From an uncultured Lachnospiraceae bacterium (GTDB lineage: Bacteria; Bacillota; Clostridia; Lachnospirales; Lachnospiraceae), in contig CANAZK010000001.1 in NCBI GenBank assembly GCA_947366105.1, positions 1-58,206 of the forward strand: a DNA stretch of 58,206 nucleotides. Reading direction: 5' to 3'. Within the stretch, counting starts at the first letter, position 1; each line of letters begins with the position of its first letter. Below, one piece after another: positions 29,778-39,600 of this stretch. Both the position numbers and the translations under genes were made by a program. Below the pieces are notes generated by a model. That model had not been told where the DNA came from and made no database searches. It saw only the letters and a list, made by a program, of their open reading frames with translations.

Positions 29778-29807
29778 ATTATAACCTAAAACGTTTGGTT
29801 TGTACAA
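29778..29807 (-). promoter_or_regulatory. Candidate sigmaA promoter of the AAA/PD-(D/E)XK gene
   Basis: Minus strand TTGTAC N18 TATAAT about 50 nt upstream of the gene's original start. Confidence 0.4.
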
Positions 29808-30755
29808 TCAATTCCCCAGCAATCGCTCATACATCTCTTCCAGTCCCACTTTAGCCGCCCAGCCCAATTCTTTCATTTTTGCACCTGAAAGTCTCAAACC
29901 AGTCGTGGCAGCGTAGCCAAATCGGTTATCATCAGGAATATCATATGTAACCTTAATCTCACCTTTTCCAATCCTATCTGCCACAAGTTGCGCCATCTCA
30001 CGTATGGTCATAGTATTACTTTCATTAACGATATTATATGTCTGCGCCGACTGCCCCTTTTCTAAAAGAAACAAAATGCCGTCAACCGCATCATCAATAT
30101 CACAGTAGTTTCCCATTGAAGTTCCCTGCGTGTGCAGAACAATATCCGTCCGATTCCGTACAGCCTGCGCAAACTGTGCAAATACTCTGTTGTCATCCGG
30201 ACGTACACCACGTCCAAATGTCTGTGCAAGTCTAGCTATTTTTACCTGCACCCCGTACTCATGATAATACAAATGACAGAAATTCTCTGCCATACGCTTT
30301 GCCATTGGGTATGAACTTCGCACATTGGAAATATCCAATTCACCAAGCTCTTGTTCTGCCACCCGCCTTCCATCTGTACAGTCAATATTTCCATATACCT
30401 CCATAGAAGAAAGATATACCATACTGCCCACACAGCACTTGACCGACAGTTCGAGCATATTACGAGTACCGTCTACAATCGCTTCCGCAGTCTCTACCGG
30501 CTGGGATACCATATAAGAAGAATGTGTAGGGGCAGCGCAGTGAATCAGATAATCATAACCTCCCTTTATCTGAAGAATCGCTTCCTTATCGGTGATATCT
30601 GCACAAATAATATTTACATTGTTACGGATTTCACTGTGTAACCGCTGCGGCTCCCTTACTATAACAGTGACCTCCGTATTTTCCTGATTTAAAAGTCTTT
30701 CAACCAGCATGGAACCTATGTAGCCCGTAGCGCCGGTTATTAAATAACGTTTCAT
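29808..30755 (-). CDS. NAD-dependent epimerase/dehydratase-fold enzyme (possible CDP-alditol reductase partner of the IspD-like gene)
   Basis: ITGATGYIG, YLSSMEVYG, RSSYPMAKR (YxxxK), RLAQTFG. Confidence 0.85.
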   Translation of the reverse strand: MKRYLITGATGYIGSMLVERLLNQENTEVTVIVREPQRLHSEIRNNVNIICADITDKEAILQIKGGYDYLIHCAAPTHSSYMVSQPVETAEAIVDGTRNMLELSVKCCVGSMVYLSSMEVYGNIDCTDGRRVAEQELGELDISNVRSSYPMAKRMAENFCHLYYHEYGVQVKIARLAQTFGRGVRPDDNRVFAQFAQAVRNRTDIVLHTQGTSMGNYCDIDDAVDGILFLLEKGQSAQTYNIVNESNTMTIREMAQLVADRIGKGEIKVTYDIPDDNRFGYAATTGLRLSGAKMKELGWAAKVGLEEMYERLLGN

Positions 30756-30796
30756 ATTCTAATTCCTCACAAATAAATGCTGCTACTTCTATTATT

Positions 30797-31100
30797 TACA
30801 TGATCTTCCTGCCCGTAATAACACAATCTCTGTTCCGGTGTTTTTACCATTTTATCTTCAATTGTTTTTTGATCTGTACAAATCGGAAAGGACATAATAA
30901 TCTGCCCCTCCGGTTTTAAAACTCTTCTCATTTCAGACATGGCTTTTCTCTCGTTCGGAACATGTTTCAGTACATGATTAATGATAATTATCCATAAAAG
31001 GAATATCCGTTACATCAATCATATGCATTTCTCTATCTGGCATAATATCACATATATAATAATCATTCTTCCCATTACTCTTTATTCTATTTCGAATATT
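30797..31100 (-). pseudogene. Frameshifted remnant of a class I SAM-dependent methyltransferase; not in ORF track
   Basis: Three frame segments on the minus strand: IDVTDIPFMDN / IIINHVLKHVPNERKAMSEMRRVLKPEGQIIMSFPI..DQKTIED / TPEQRLCYYGQEDHV. Confidence 0.8.
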
Positions 31101-31165
31101 TTTGCCTTGATTCCTGTAGGTTCAAAATAATTCACATAGGAATCACATATCATACAATAATCTGT

Positions 31166-32704
31166 TTAACCAATATCTAATTGTTCTACAATTCTCTGAC
31201 AACTTTTAGCATCTGAATTCTTGTGCAATACTGCACACAGTTTCTGTCTCTTATCCCTTTCCCCGTCCTCATTACATATAATCTGCTCTATAAAGTTTTC
31301 AAAATCATCCCTGTCAAATATGCATTTCCCAGGCAGCCATTCCAATATGTCGTCAAAAATGAAACCTCGACTGTGTGCATAGTCTTCCATATCATCCACA
31401 ATAAATCCCATTGGCTTATTCAAAAGTACATAATCTACTGCTGTCGAAGAATAATCACTAATTAAAACATCCGCCATACTAAGCAACTGATTAATCTGTA
31501 TATCTTGTTTTGCAAGTATATCATTATCCAACAGTACTATATTAGACAGCCCATCACAATGCACTGCCTCTTTATCCTGAAAAGGGTGCAGCTTAATTAC
31601 AAGAACAATATTGTGTACAGCCATTTTCCTATTTAGCTGAATTAAATCACTCTTTGTGGAAATTAATGGAAGTCCGGTCTCCTCATTTAGTATACCATCC
31701 TGTGGCTTCTCTCTGCCTTTGCCGCTGAAACGATAAGTAGGAAGCCAAAAAATATATTTATCCGCCGGCGGAATGCAAAGACCCGGCAACTTACCTCTGT
31801 CTATTTGAAATAACCAGTCTGCTTTAGCGGAACCTGTGATAAGCATCTGTTCTTTTCTAAGCCCAAAAAGTGCAGCGTGTATGTCTGCATACAGTTCACT
31901 TGTAACAGTCATATATTCGTACCGCTTTTCGCACGGTGTATAATTTAATCTTGTCTTATAGCCACAGCCGTGCCAAAGCTGCACCCTTATCTGATCTTCC
32001 CTGCAATTTCGCGCAAACCCATACGCATCAGTAAAAAAAATATATTTTGCTAAACACAATGCCTTGTAATAGCTGTCTCTGTCAGCCAAACTATCAGAAA
32101 CGTTTCCTTCATACGGCAAGAAAAAAACATTCTCATATTTATCGTATTTCCTAAACTCTTCCGGCTCTTTTACCAACCATACAAGTTCATACTTTTTATT
32201 CATTTCTATGGACAGCATGTACTCAAAAAGCGCTCTTGCATTATCGGAAAAATCCATTCCTTTTACATACTCCGAACTATGGGGACCACTTCTAAATACA
32301 ATTATATTTTGTAATTCTGCTTTTTCATACCGTTTGCGGTATTGCATTTCTACCCTTGTTTCATAATTATGAAACACATAAAGTTCCTCTATACCTTGCC
32401 GCCCCCGCATCAAAGCTTCTATTTTATCAATATACTCTCTATAATAATCACTGGTAATCACAATAATAGTTTTCTCAAAATCAAGTGTTAACAGATACTC
32501 TAAAGGGTATGTAACCAATTCGGAGTCTCGATACAAAAATGCCCCGCACTTCCTTCTATTTTCATCTACAATAGCCGCGATATTTGGAAGAATATCACAA
32601 GTATCGCATAATTCGTCTAAATAAGAAACGGATTTCTCAACAAGACAAACCTTTTTATTCTGTAATTTCTTATATACATCCGCATTAAACTCTATTATAT
32701 TCAT
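31166..32704 (-). CDS. CDP-glycerol/alditol phosphotransferase (TagB/TagF family) with N-terminal Rossmann-like module
   Basis: FSDNARALFEY, VQLWHG, WLPTYR, IKLHP, DVLISDYSS..VDY motifs. Confidence 0.9.
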   Translation of the reverse strand: MNIIEFNADVYKKLQNKKVCLVEKSVSYLDELCDTCDILPNIAAIVDENRRKCGAFLYRDSELVTYPLEYLLTLDFEKTIIVITSDYYREYIDKIEALMRGRQGIEELYVFHNYETRVEMQYRKRYEKAELQNIIVFRSGPHSSEYVKGMDFSDNARALFEYMLSIEMNKKYELVWLVKEPEEFRKYDKYENVFFLPYEGNVSDSLADRDSYYKALCLAKYIFFTDAYGFARNCREDQIRVQLWHGCGYKTRLNYTPCEKRYEYMTVTSELYADIHAALFGLRKEQMLITGSAKADWLFQIDRGKLPGLCIPPADKYIFWLPTYRFSGKGREKPQDGILNEETGLPLISTKSDLIQLNRKMAVHNIVLVIKLHPFQDKEAVHCDGLSNIVLLDNDILAKQDIQINQLLSMADVLISDYSSTAVDYVLLNKPMGFIVDDMEDYAHSRGFIFDDILEWLPGKCIFDRDDFENFIEQIICNEDGERDKRQKLCAVLHKNSDAKSCQRIVEQLDIG

Positions 32705-32777
32705 CTAATCATTACTACCTATTCCCGGCGCAAGTCCCTTCAACAAATTTGTTTATTATTTCAAATACATATACTAC

Positions 32778-34760
32778 TTATAAACTAAAAATATTTTCTT
32801 CATTTATTTTACCAAGCAGAAGCGGCAGAACCTGTTTTGTATTGTTAGTATTTAAACATAGAACAACTGCGCATGTACCATCTAAAGCTACTTCATCTAA
32901 AATGCACACCGGAATTTCCTCTATTTTATCCGGATTATTTCCATAAGCAGATACAATAAAACCGGAAATCTTTATAAAACCACTCTTGAATATCTCGTAT
33001 GCTTTTTTTGCATTCACGCCTGCACCATAAATATAAACTCTTTTATATTGCTTTAATTTATGAAAAAGCCCCCAATTTATCATTTGCTTTCTATAATCCT
33101 GGTAATTACTTATTTTCATATCATCTGCAAACAAAATATGTTCTTTGGAAAAACCATCCGCAAACATAGAGTTCTTTAAAGCAACCTCTGCCCATCTGCA
33201 AGTTGTAATATACTCCGAAAAATAACCTTCAGTCTGACAAAATTGTGCAAACCAAATGAACAGGCTTTCTAATGATAAACCTTCATTTTTGAATTTTTTG
33301 CACAACTTTTTAACTACTGAGCAGCGAATCCAAATTCCATTTTCCACTTTTATTTTTTTAAACTGATCCTGATCTAACACTTCAATATTTAGTATGTTTC
33401 TCAGCTTTTCAGGTTTTGTTTCAATATTGTCTAAATGCCTTTCCGTCCAGTACTGTGCGTGCTTCGCCGGAAATGACATAAGAAGTCCTAACTGCTCATT
33501 TGTTTCAAATTCATTCAATATTCTTGTAATGTAATATTGATTAAAAAACATTGTTTCAAGATATAGCATTATATATGATATATAAGCAGCCGATTTCTCT
33601 GAATCCTCATTTATCATATCATCGTGCAAATACGCCATAATTTTTTCATCCGGTATTTTATCAATTTGATAAGACCACGCATTATATTTTGTGGCTGCCT
33701 TTTCTAAACTGCAAACACCTGAAAACTCTTTTTCATCTGCAATCTGCCTATATATTTCCTCATTATTCGTAATAATTTTTAAATCTGCTTCTTTTGCTAA
33801 TAATGAAACTGTACTTTTCCAATAATAAAGAGTTTTCTTATTTTCAATAAATATGATGATTGACGCCGACTTCATATTCACAGAAACACTCTTTTCTGTA
33901 CTAATAATCTTAAACAAATTGGCGCTAAATACAAGCCGATCTATACTATGTTTTCTTAATACATGTTCAAAAACCCAACTCCTGCTGTAACCAAATTCAT
34001 CTTGAATATACTCAAGCGCCTTGGCAAGTTCTTCTTGCATCGTATTATCAATATCTAATGATATAAACGGCTTAATTTTAAGAAACGGCATTTTATGATA
34101 CTTAATCAGTGTATATGGCAAAAACCAATAATGGTTATAATTACCTTTTTCTCCATCTATAGAACTGAGTATCTTATCATCTACTAAAACTGAATATTTA
34201 TATCCCTTTTCCACAAAAAAAGACATAAGTCTATTTTCAAATTTTTTACACACCTCTAAATAATCTTTTGGAGTTCCCATTGATTCCCAAAACTCTTTAA
34301 AATCATGACTTTCAACTACTTTTCTTCTAAAAGCAATAAAATATGACTGAATATACCGCGGCAGTCTACCATACCCCAAGTCTACGGTTTCCTGAAGTGT
34401 AATTCCCCAAAAATCAATATTTCTTTGTTCCATTTCCTGAAATATAATCTGTGAAGAATAAAAAGGACCAAAAAAAGTATCATTCATAAAAATAACTTCA
34501 TCATATAATTTCATTTTTTCTAATCCGAAATATTCAAAGATGGCGTCCTTATACGCCCCCGCATCATATCCTTGATTTTCCCTGAGAAATATATCGGAAG
34601 AATATTTTTCAAATAGCTTTCTTCCTTCAATATTACATTTGCCATTGATTATAATTACTATTTTCTCTGTGCTTTTTGAAAAATCATTCAATAAATAGTC
34701 TATATATGTATCTACAATCCCATCTTTATCATAAAAAACGAAAAATAAAAGCCGCTTCAA
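32778..34760 (-). CDS. Rhamnan synthesis protein F (RgpF) family glycosyltransferase, copy 1
   Basis: FYDKDG.VD.YI.YLL, RENQGYDAGAYK, MNDTFFGP, DFWGIT, IQSYFIAF; C-terminal YIYGAG module; TTG start with GAGGTG RBS. Confidence 0.85.
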   Translation of the reverse strand: MKRLLFFVFYDKDGIVDTYIDYLLNDFSKSTEKIVIIINGKCNIEGRKLFEKYSSDIFLRENQGYDAGAYKDAIFEYFGLEKMKLYDEVIFMNDTFFGPFYSSQIIFQEMEQRNIDFWGITLQETVDLGYGRLPRYIQSYFIAFRRKVVESHDFKEFWESMGTPKDYLEVCKKFENRLMSFFVEKGYKYSVLVDDKILSSIDGEKGNYNHYWFLPYTLIKYHKMPFLKIKPFISLDIDNTMQEELAKALEYIQDEFGYSRSWVFEHVLRKHSIDRLVFSANLFKIISTEKSVSVNMKSASIIIFIENKKTLYYWKSTVSLLAKEADLKIITNNEEIYRQIADEKEFSGVCSLEKAATKYNAWSYQIDKIPDEKIMAYLHDDMINEDSEKSAAYISYIMLYLETMFFNQYYITRILNEFETNEQLGLLMSFPAKHAQYWTERHLDNIETKPEKLRNILNIEVLDQDQFKKIKVENGIWIRCSVVKKLCKKFKNEGLSLESLFIWFAQFCQTEGYFSEYITTCRWAEVALKNSMFADGFSKEHILFADDMKISNYQDYRKQMINWGLFHKLKQYKRVYIYGAGVNAKKAYEIFKSGFIKISGFIVSAYGNNPDKIEEIPVCILDEVALDGTCAVVLCLNTNNTKQVLPLLLGKINEENIFSL

Positions 34761-34800
34761 ATCGTCACCTCATCCTCTTTACAAGCTCATACGTCCTCGG

Positions 34801-35517
34801 CTATAATCCAAAAATCTGCTGTCCTTCCATTGCCTCATATAATGCCCGATATATATAGAAATCCGCAGGTTCAGTAATCTTGATATTATTTTTAGTACTC
34901 AGAATGGTATGCATCGGTTCATGATACAAACTGCATAAATGTGCTGAATCTATTGAGCGAATTCCATCCTCTTTTGATTTTTCGTAAAGCCGAATAATAT
35001 CTCCAAAATAAAACGTCTGAGGCGCTTTGGCAATAAACATCTCGCTTCTCGGAGGAACTTCTGCAATATTTTCCCCATCTGCACACCGGATAACACTTTC
35101 TCTAGCCGGCTCTACCGTAATAGCATTCCCACAACGTTTTGTTTTCTCAATATTGGCTGAAATCAATTCCTCATTAATCAAAGGACGTACTCCATCATGA
35201 ATCAATACAATATCCTCACTATTTGTATTTTCCTGCATTGCTTCTAACCCTAAACGTATAGAGTCATGGCCGGTATCACCTCCGGGTACAATCGTAGATA
35301 CCTTTCTGATTCCATACCGTTTTAAGAATCCTCTTAACTCTTCAATCCAATCTGAAATACACACCACGGTAATATCTGATATTTCCTCATGAAATTCAAA
35401 ATGCTCCAGCGTATAAATAATAATCGGTTTACCATGCAGCTCCAAAAATTGTTTTGGCTTAGAACGTGAATTCATACGCTGACCTGAACCGCCTGCAAAT
35501 ATTAATGCTTTTATCAT
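34801..35517 (-). CDS. IspD/TarI-family alditol-phosphate cytidylyltransferase
   Basis: FAGGSGQRM...PKQFL, VLIHDGVRP, APQTF, NIKIT.P.D; ATG 35517 overlaps the rmlC stop. Confidence 0.9.
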   Translation of the reverse strand: MIKALIFAGGSGQRMNSRSKPKQFLELHGKPIIIYTLEHFEFHEEISDITVVCISDWIEELRGFLKRYGIRKVSTIVPGGDTGHDSIRLGLEAMQENTNSEDIVLIHDGVRPLINEELISANIEKTKRCGNAITVEPARESVIRCADGENIAEVPPRSEMFIAKAPQTFYFGDIIRLYEKSKEDGIRSIDSAHLCSLYHEPMHTILSTKNNIKITEPADFYIYRALYEAMEGQQIFGL

Positions 35518-36116
35518 AATTGCTCCTTCATACATAACCACTTCTGATCTTTCTCACTGAGATTCAGCTTTGTGCCGTCTGCCATCCTATAACCTTCCGC
35601 AGATGCCGTCCCCTGATATTTGCCGACGATTTCCGGCCATTCTATCCCAATATCAGGGTCATTCCATGCCAGTCCCCCCTCATCCTCAGGGTGATAGAAA
35701 TCCGTCACCTTATAACAGAACTCCGCGAAATCACTCAGAACCAAGAATCCATGGGCAAATCCTTCCGAAATATAGAACTGCTTATTATTTTCCTCTGTCA
35801 GTTCTGTGCCGTACCACTTGCCATATGTCTCACTGCCAGTTCTCAAATCCACCGCCACATCAAATACTTTCCCTCTAATAACCCGTACCAACTTTCCTTG
35901 TGGGTATTGTTTCTGAAAATGTAATCCTCGCAATACCCCTTTTACACTCATACTTTGGTTATCCTGCACAAACGTCATATTCAAACCCACCTCTGCCATA
36001 TCTTTTTGATTATACGTTTCCATAAAATAACCACGGTTGTCCCCATGAATAACCGGTTCAATCACATATAACCCTTCTATCGGGGTCTTTGTTACCTGAA
36101 TCTGTCCCATCTGCAT
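35514..36116 (-). CDS. rmlC: dTDP-4-dehydrorhamnose 3,5-epimerase
   Basis: DNRGYFME, FVQDNQS.S..GVLRGLHFQ, FAHGF, YKV. Confidence 0.96.
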   Translation of the reverse strand: MQMGQIQVTKTPIEGLYVIEPVIHGDNRGYFMETYNQKDMAEVGLNMTFVQDNQSMSVKGVLRGLHFQKQYPQGKLVRVIRGKVFDVAVDLRTGSETYGKWYGTELTEENNKQFYISEGFAHGFLVLSDFAEFCYKVTDFYHPEDEGGLAWNDPDIGIEWPEIVGKYQGTASAEGYRMADGTKLNLSEKDQKWLCMKEQL

Positions 36117-36121
36117 CTACC

Positions 36122-37036
36122 TCAATACTCTATTTCTCTCAGGTACCGGTTTAACGCATCCTGCCAAGTTGGCAGCAATTCAAATCCGGCTTCTGCCAGT
36201 TTACTCTTGTCCAAACGACTATTGAATGGTCTCGCCGCCTTGCTATATCCGTATTCTTCGGTCGTCACCGGCACTACTTTCGTGTCATATCCTGCCCGCT
36301 TAAAAATCTCACATGCAAAATCATACCAACTGATATATCCACCTTCGTTAGTTGCGTGATAATAACCGTATTTCTCAGTTTCTGCCATATCCACTAACAA
36401 TTTAGCTAAATCATACGTATACGTTGGAGTTCCAATCTGATCATCAACAACCCGAACCGTATTATACTTCTTCCCTACATCCAGCATCGTTTTGATAAAG
36501 TTCTTCCCATTTGTCCCAAATACCCAGGCAATCCGCACTATAAAATATTTTTCCAGGTTATCGGCAACTGCCAATTCTCCTTCCAATTTTGTCCGTCCAT
36601 ATACATTTAAAGGTCTATATTTTTTACAGTCCGGCTGCCACGGTTCTGTGCCTTGTCCGTCGAACACGTAGTCTGTAGAAATATAAATCATCTTGCAGTC
36701 CAGCTCTTCACAAACCGCCGCAATATTCTCTGTACCGCCGACATTGATTGCACGGACTTTCTCTGCCTTATCCTCATCCTCTGCCATATCTACAGCCGTC
36801 CAGGCAGCACAGTGAACAACTACATCCGGACAAATCTCACTTATCATTTGCCTTACCGCTTCTTGCACAGTAATATCCATCTGTACATAGGGCATCCTTG
36901 TAACGGCAGTTCCATCCTGCGCACCAGCATATTCTGATGCAATGTCCGTACCAATACCTTCATATCCCCGCTTTGCCACTTCATTCATTACATCATGCCC
37001 CAACTGTCCGGCAACTCCAGTTACAAATACTCTCAT
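36122..37036 (-). CDS. rmlD: dTDP-4-dehydrorhamnose reductase
   Basis: TGVAGQLG, CAAWTAVD, ISTDYVFDG, YGRTKL.GE, DQIGTPT. Confidence 0.96.
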   Translation of the reverse strand: MRVFVTGVAGQLGHDVMNEVAKRGYEGIGTDIASEYAGAQDGTAVTRMPYVQMDITVQEAVRQMISEICPDVVVHCAAWTAVDMAEDEDKAEKVRAINVGGTENIAAVCEELDCKMIYISTDYVFDGQGTEPWQPDCKKYRPLNVYGRTKLEGELAVADNLEKYFIVRIAWVFGTNGKNFIKTMLDVGKKYNTVRVVDDQIGTPTYTYDLAKLLVDMAETEKYGYYHATNEGGYISWYDFACEIFKRAGYDTKVVPVTTEEYGYSKAARPFNSRLDKSKLAEAGFELLPTWQDALNRYLREIEY

Positions 37037-37047
37037 ATAGAATCTCC

Positions 37048-38067
37048 TTATCGTCTACCGTACATCTTCTCGTAATAATCTTGATACTCACCGGATATGA
37101 TAGTCTGCCACCATTCCCTGTTATCTAAATACCACTGAATTGTCTTCTTAATTCCCTCTTCAAATTTAGTTTCCGGCAGCCACCCCAACTCATTGTGGAT
37201 TTTTGCCGGGTCAATGGCATAACGCATATCATGACCTTTTCTATCATTCACATATGTAATAAGACTCTCCGGCTTCCCCAGCTCTTTACATATCATTTTT
37301 ACAATCTCAATATTCTGCTTCTCATTATGTCCGCCAACATTATAAACTTCGCCGAATTTTCCTTTATGAATAATAAGAGCAATTGCCTTACAATGATCCT
37401 CTACATACAGCCAGTCTCTGACATTCAGTCCCTCTCCATAAACCGGAAGAGGTTTATCCGCCAAAGCGTTTGCAATCATCAGAGGAATTAACTTCTCTGG
37501 AAAATGATATGGACCGTAATTATTAGAACAGCGGCTGATTGTTACCGGAAGATCGTATGTTCTGTAATACGCCAATACTAACAAATCAGCGCCAGCCTTA
37601 GAACTGCTGTACGGACTGCTTGTTTGAATCGGCATTTTTTCAGTAAAAAATAAATCAGGCCTGTCTAAAGGCAGATCGCCATAAACCTCATCAGTTGATA
37701 CCTGATGATAACGAATATTTCCATACTTGCGGCATGCATCCATCAAAACCTGCGTTCCTATAATGTTAGTCTGCAAAAAAACACCCGGCTCCTTAATAGA
37801 ACGATCTACATGAGTTTCTGCAGCAAAATTTACTACTATATCAGGTAATTCTTCTTGAAAAATCTCCTCTACGGCAGCCCTGTCGCAGATATCAGCTTTC
37901 ACAAACCGAAAATTTTCATTCTGCATGACAGGTTCCAACGTAGATAAGTTCCCTGCATACGTCAACTTATCTAAACAGACAATTCGATAATCTGAATACT
38001 CCTTTAACATATAAAATATAAAATTACTTCCAATAAATCCGGCGCCGCCGGTAACAATAATGGTCAT
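37048..38067 (-). CDS. rmlB: dTDP-glucose 4,6-dehydratase
   Basis: VTGGAGFIGSN, DKLTYAGN, AAETHVDRSI, STDEVYG, PYSSSKA; start 38067 or 38088. Confidence 0.96.
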   Translation of the reverse strand: MTIIVTGGAGFIGSNFIFYMLKEYSDYRIVCLDKLTYAGNLSTLEPVMQNENFRFVKADICDRAAVEEIFQEELPDIVVNFAAETHVDRSIKEPGVFLQTNIIGTQVLMDACRKYGNIRYHQVSTDEVYGDLPLDRPDLFFTEKMPIQTSSPYSSSKAGADLLVLAYYRTYDLPVTISRCSNNYGPYHFPEKLIPLMIANALADKPLPVYGEGLNVRDWLYVEDHCKAIALIIHKGKFGEVYNVGGHNEKQNIEIVKMICKELGKPESLITYVNDRKGHDMRYAIDPAKIHNELGWLPETKFEEGIKKTIQWYLDNREWWQTIISGEYQDYYEKMYGRR

Positions 38068-38080
38068 CTCCTTTTCCTCT

Positions 38081-38983
38081 CTATCCATGAAGTACGTCCA
38101 TGTACTTTCCGTCCAATACGTCTTTTAAATACTGGCCATACTGGTTTTGCTTCAATATTTCATATACTTTCAACACATCTGCTTCACTAATCCAACCATT
38201 CAAATATGCTATTTCTTCCAAGCAGGCAATTTTTCGATGTTGATTCATTTCTATTGTTTTTACAAAGTTTGTGGCATCTACCAAACTTTCATGTGTTCCT
38301 GTATCCAGCCATGTAAAACCCTGCCCTAACAATTCCACATTCAATTTATCCTGCTCTAAATAAATACGGTTCAAATCTGTAATTTCCAATTCACCACGTG
38401 CAGAAGGCTTTAAATTTTTTGCATACTCCACCACTTGATTATCATAGAAATATAACCCCGTTACACAATAATTTGATTTCGGTATTTTGGGTTTTTCCTC
38501 AATGGATATTACTTTGCCATCTGTGCCAAATTCCACAATACCAAAACGTTCCGGATCATCTACATAATACCCGAACACAGTTGCACCTTTTCCTGCCTCT
38601 GCATTTTCAACAGCTGTTCTCAATCGTTTGTTCAGTCCATGCCCTGCAAAAATATTATCACCCAGTACCATTGCAACCGGTTCACTACCAATAAAATCTT
38701 CTCCGATAATAAATGCCTGAGCCAAACCATCCGGCGATGGCTGAATTGCATATGTAAGGTTCACGCCAAACTGATGACCATCTCCCAAAAGCTCCTGAAA
38801 CCTAGGAGTATCTTGCGGCGTAGAAATAATCAAAATATCCCGAATCCCCGCATTCATAAGAACAGACATCGGATAATAAATCATCGGTTTGTCATAAATT
38901 GGAAGCAACTGCTTCGATGTTACTCTGGTCAAAGGATAAAGACGGGTACCAGAACCGCCTGCTAGAATAATGCCTTTCATCAC
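38081..38983 (-). CDS. rmlA: Glucose-1-phosphate thymidylyltransferase
   Basis: [45 protein letters not shown]. Confidence 0.97.
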   Translation of the reverse strand: MMKGIILAGGSGTRLYPLTRVTSKQLLPIYDKPMIYYPMSVLMNAGIRDILIISTPQDTPRFQELLGDGHQFGVNLTYAIQPSPDGLAQAFIIGEDFIGSEPVAMVLGDNIFAGHGLNKRLRTAVENAEAGKGATVFGYYVDDPERFGIVEFGTDGKVISIEEKPKIPKSNYCVTGLYFYDNQVVEYAKNLKPSARGELEITDLNRIYLEQDKLNVELLGQGFTWLDTGTHESLVDATNFVKTIEMNQHRKIACLEEIAYLNGWISEADVLKVYEILKQNQYGQYLKDVLDGKYMDVLHG

Positions 38984-39010
38984 GCCTTATCCTTTCATTA
39001 TCTCTTACTC

Positions 39011-39583
39011 TTAACATCCTTTCATTCCTGAAAGAATATACATCATCATATGATTTAGAATTAAATGAATATCCTCTACAATCTGCATATTATTAACGTT
39101 TACATGAAGGTTGTATTTTGCAATATCTTTTAGTTTTCCCCCTGAATATCCAGTAAATGCTATGGTTTCTGCTCCTATAGTATTGGCATAATTAAATGCA
39201 CGTATCACATTCTCTGAATTGCCGCTTCCAGAAATACCTATTAAAATATCTCCCGATTTCATTTTATTTTTTAGGGGTACCACAAATATATCATCGTAAC
39301 TAATATCATTTGCAATTGCCATCATCATTGGAACATTATCACTTAGACACTCAATATCATATTTTATTTCTTGTTCATAACTAATCCCTTTATTAAAATC
39401 ACATTCTAAATGTGATGCTGTCGAGGCGCTTCCGCCATTTCCACAAATAAATATTCTTTTTCCTGACAGCCTTGCATTTTCCATAACATTAATAACTTCA
39501 CTAACTTTTTCAGCTAAAAGCATATCTAACGCCTTTTTTTCTGCATTGATATACGTTCTTATATCCTCCGTATAATCCCTCAT
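39011..39583 (-). CDS. gmhA: Sedoheptulose-7-phosphate isomerase (SIS domain)
   Basis: CGNGGSAS.ASH, A.AND..Y, GISGSGNS.NV, MQIVEDIH. Confidence 0.9.
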   Translation of the reverse strand: MRDYTEDIRTYINAEKKALDMLLAEKVSEVINVMENARLSGKRIFICGNGGSASTASHLECDFNKGISYEQEIKYDIECLSDNVPMMMAIANDISYDDIFVVPLKNKMKSGDILIGISGSGNSENVIRAFNYANTIGAETIAFTGYSGGKLKDIAKYNLHVNVNNMQIVEDIHLILNHMMMYILSGMKGC

Positions 39584-39600
39584 CCTACATTTTCACCTCC

